NCBI GenBank assembly: GCA_008369845.1
Contig: MRSU01004254.1
Location: 1 to 54,588 of the forward strand
Direction of reading: 5' to 3'
Source: Trichomonas gallinae
Taxonomy: Eukaryota
DNA: 54,588 nucleotides
The position numbers and the translations under genes are program-made. Each line of letters begins with the position of its first letter. Positions within the stretch are counted from its first letter, which is position 1. Of this stretch, positions 52,299-54,588 are shown in pieces. The notes under the pieces are model-generated. The model had not been told where the DNA came from, did no database searches, and worked only from the letters and a program-made list of their open reading frames with translations.

Positions 52299-54185
52299 TT
52301 AAAAAACATGTTTTCTTTTCCACACTGAAAAGACAACAGAATTATAGATGTTCTCCCAGTGAGTGGAGTTTGGTCCAGGGTTGAACCGATACTCGGGCTC
52401 AGCTGGTCTGAAGCCGACATATTTAAGATCGAGAAGATCAACTTCTGTTGTATTCTCAGGATCATTGACTAGGTTCCTCATTATCCTTTGACGATCATCA
52501 TAGTCGAGGCCATGGTTCTTCAGCCATCCAATGTAGCCTACTAAGACTTGTCTTCCTGCTAAGGTGACAATTGGATTTTCATGTTGATAATCTGTCATCC
52601 AAACTGCATCTGGCTCAGTGTTCCTGATGATGAAATCAGCAATGGAGTAGGGCGCATCGTATATATCCCATTCATTACTTCTTGATTTAATTGTTCTCAC
52701 AACGCATAGGTAACCGGCCCAGCAACTGAAGAAGAACAAAATTAGGCTTGTCAGCTTTCCTATTGCGTTGTGTTTGAACAATTTCACCAAGAATAATGCA
52801 ACTCCTGCTGTAGCAATCGGAATGAACGCTGCGTTCCACACCTTCGTGTTGTCAACAGCCCATGGTTGATACCTGACAAAGTTGCCGACAATGAAAACGA
52901 ATATTGATGGCAAATACAAACACATCTGTTTTGAGTCCAAAATAATCGGCGTGTGAAAAAGTGCCATGACGATAAAAGCACCCAGAGCCCTCCACCATAG
53001 TTCAAGAAGATTTTCTCTGGCATAGTCACCGTAATTCACCCAGCCGAACCTCATGAAGTTGGAGATCGTTGTCCTGCCTAGATAGGGGATACACTGGAAG
53101 GCGCCGAAAACAATAGCAATGATACCTAAGACGAGATAATTCCTCAGGAAGATTTTTGATTTTTGTGAGTTTTTGTACGGAAAAGTGAGCAAAAACAGAC
53201 TGAAACCGTATTGAGCGAGACCAATGATAGAATGCGGGTGAACCTGAGGCAGTTCCGCAACTAGTAAACCGGCAGCTATGAACCCTTTGATGTCTTTTGT
53301 TCCATTGAATTTGATTAGGATCAAAATTACTGACCAAGCGATTGGAATTGAGAATAATGAGGCCCTTTGAGGTAATAATATGTGTGCTATTGACTGTAGC
53401 CAGAATTCTTGATGATTTTCGCCCCAAAAATGAACAAAATCTGTAACCCAATGATCGCGCTTTTCTTTGATAAAAAGAGATGTAAAACCTATTCCTCCAT
53501 TGAAGGTGAACAGAAGTGAGCCTACAATAGCTGCAAAGTTACTATTTGTAAAGTGATAAATCAAATCTGTTAAAATAATGAAAACGGCGAAAATAAACGG
53601 TACTGAAGGCAAGAATGCGCCATCATGTATTGATATTCCGTAGCAAGACATTAAAACTGCTGCGTAATAATTTGGAATAAACGGATAGCCTAATTTTACA
53701 TGTGCATAGAAGGGAGAAACTATGTCAAATAGATGTTTTCTGTTTTTATTACATCCATATGCGAATGAACTGATGATATTCATATGAAATGGAAAATCTC
53801 CATATGAAGCCGCGTGAGTCCAAAAGCCATCGTAAAGGAGACCATCGTATGTTAAATATAACATGATGCCTGCTGGAATTAAAACACCAAAAACGTAGGT
53901 TGTCGCATGTAAAATCGGAATTCTTTTTATTTTTTTCGTTGACCTGTATATATGTATAATAATTGCGATATTTAAAAGAACTAACGAGTGGTAAATTCCA
54001 TGTTTCTGTGACAGTGGAATCCATAACTGAAGGATATAAAATATCCATGCAGAAAAAATGTTTCCAAAAATGGATCCAATTGCAGCACGTGTTATAATAT
54101 TGAACGAGTTCTGCAACAGCAATGAAATCACTTCAAAGCCGAAAAACAGAGAACTGAAGATTGTAAATGTTGGAAGAAGCAACAT
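52299..54185 (-). CDS. Polytopic GT-C-fold glycosyltransferase-like membrane protein
   Basis: About 13 TM segments; first large loop YGDFPFHMNIISSF..PFYA..LGYPF; LLPQRASLF; C-terminal soluble domain TLAGRQVLVGYIGWLKNHG. First ATG at 54185 after TCATT. Confidence 0.7.
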   Translation of the reverse strand: MLLLPTFTIFSSLFFGFEVISLLLQNSFNIITRAAIGSIFGNIFSAWIFYILQLWIPLSQKHGIYHSLVLLNIAIIIHIYRSTKKIKRIPILHATTYVFGVLIPAGIMLYLTYDGLLYDGFWTHAASYGDFPFHMNIISSFAYGCNKNRKHLFDIVSPFYAHVKLGYPFIPNYYAAVLMSCYGISIHDGAFLPSVPFIFAVFIILTDLIYHFTNSNFAAIVGSLLFTFNGGIGFTSLFIKEKRDHWVTDFVHFWGENHQEFWLQSIAHILLPQRASLFSIPIAWSVILILIKFNGTKDIKGFIAAGLLVAELPQVHPHSIIGLAQYGFSLFLLTFPYKNSQKSKIFLRNYLVLGIIAIVFGAFQCIPYLGRTTISNFMRFGWVNYGDYARENLLELWWRALGAFIVMALFHTPIILDSKQMCLYLPSIFVFIVGNFVRYQPWAVDNTKVWNAAFIPIATAGVALFLVKLFKHNAIGKLTSLILFFFSCWAGYLCVVRTIKSRSNEWDIYDAPYSIADFIIRNTEPDAVWMTDYQHENPIVTLAGRQVLVGYIGWLKNHGLDYDDRQRIMRNLVNDPENTTEVDLLDLKYVGFRPAEPEYRFNPGPNSTHWENIYNSVVFSVWKRKHVF

Positions 54186-54545
54186 CAACAATAATGAAAA
54201 TCTTTGGATATATATTTAAAACGATAAAACATATTAATTCGCCTCATGATTTAATTAATTTATTGTTTAATTTCAAAACTTGAAATTTTATCATTTTGAT
54301 ATTGGCTATTTTCTAGTTTAAAAATCACTATTTCAGGTCAAAATTAGCATGAATTTTAACATTAATCTTAATTATAGCAAAAAATATTTTGGAAATAATA
54401 AATATTGCTTTTTATAGCATTGAGTGTATTATCGATATCATATATGAGAGGTAATTGATGATGATTTTCATTGTTTTTGATATATAATATAATAAATTAA
54501 AATTATAAAATTTTACAAGTTTTTATTCACAGATTTTGTTGGGAT

Positions 54546-54587
54546 TTATTTCTTCTTCGCATCCTTGGCTGGGGCGGCGGCCTTCGC
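54546..54587 (-). CDS. 3' end of a probably highly expressed gene with an Ala/Lys tail (truncated by the window edge)
   Basis: Reads AKAAAPAKDAKKK* with GC-ending codons and a TAAA stop. Identity cannot be determined (ribosomal protein-like tail). Confidence 0.6.
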   Translation of the reverse strand, partial: AKAAAPAKDAKKK

Positions 54588-54588
54588 T

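Noticed and set aside
1..54588. Spliceosomal introns, tRNA/rRNA genes, Maverick or mariner elements
   Set aside because: No ACTAACACACAG-type intron ends, cloverleafs, transposase/integrase/polB ORFs or long terminal inverted repeats were seen by eye.

Overview
AT-rich, gene-dense eukaryotic DNA with no introns that I can detect. It is most consistent with a trichomonad (Trichomonas vaginalis-like): short 5' leaders with TCA(C/T)T Inr-like, AAAGTGAC and AAAATG elements, BspA-type LRR genes, an R2R3-Myb, centrin, and TAAA overlapping several stops. About 27 intact-looking genes include the 3' end of RPL27, a Vma22/CCDC115-like protein, a PP2A/PP4/PP6-family phosphatase, a CxxS PDI-like protein, two MFS transporters, Ada3-like and bromodomain-ET-like chromatin proteins, tandem BspA genes, a VPS9-like protein, a CaaX microprotein, an EGF-TIG membrane protein, a 1963-aa Piezo, a beta-helix protein, a P4-ATPase and a GT-C-like glycosyltransferase. 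There are also several disrupted genes and non-coding tandem repeats. The most intriguing unexplained signals are: (i) a GC-rich three-way-junction RNA fold just after the RPL27 stop; (ii) a recurring intergenic TGACA-NN-TGTCA / TGACA-TGTAAA motif; (iii) a shared Cys-pair plus hydrophobic C-terminal tail on the BspA genes; (iv) substitutions at key functional residues in Piezo, the flippase and the phosphatase. All family calls come from recognising motifs by eye; no database search was run.
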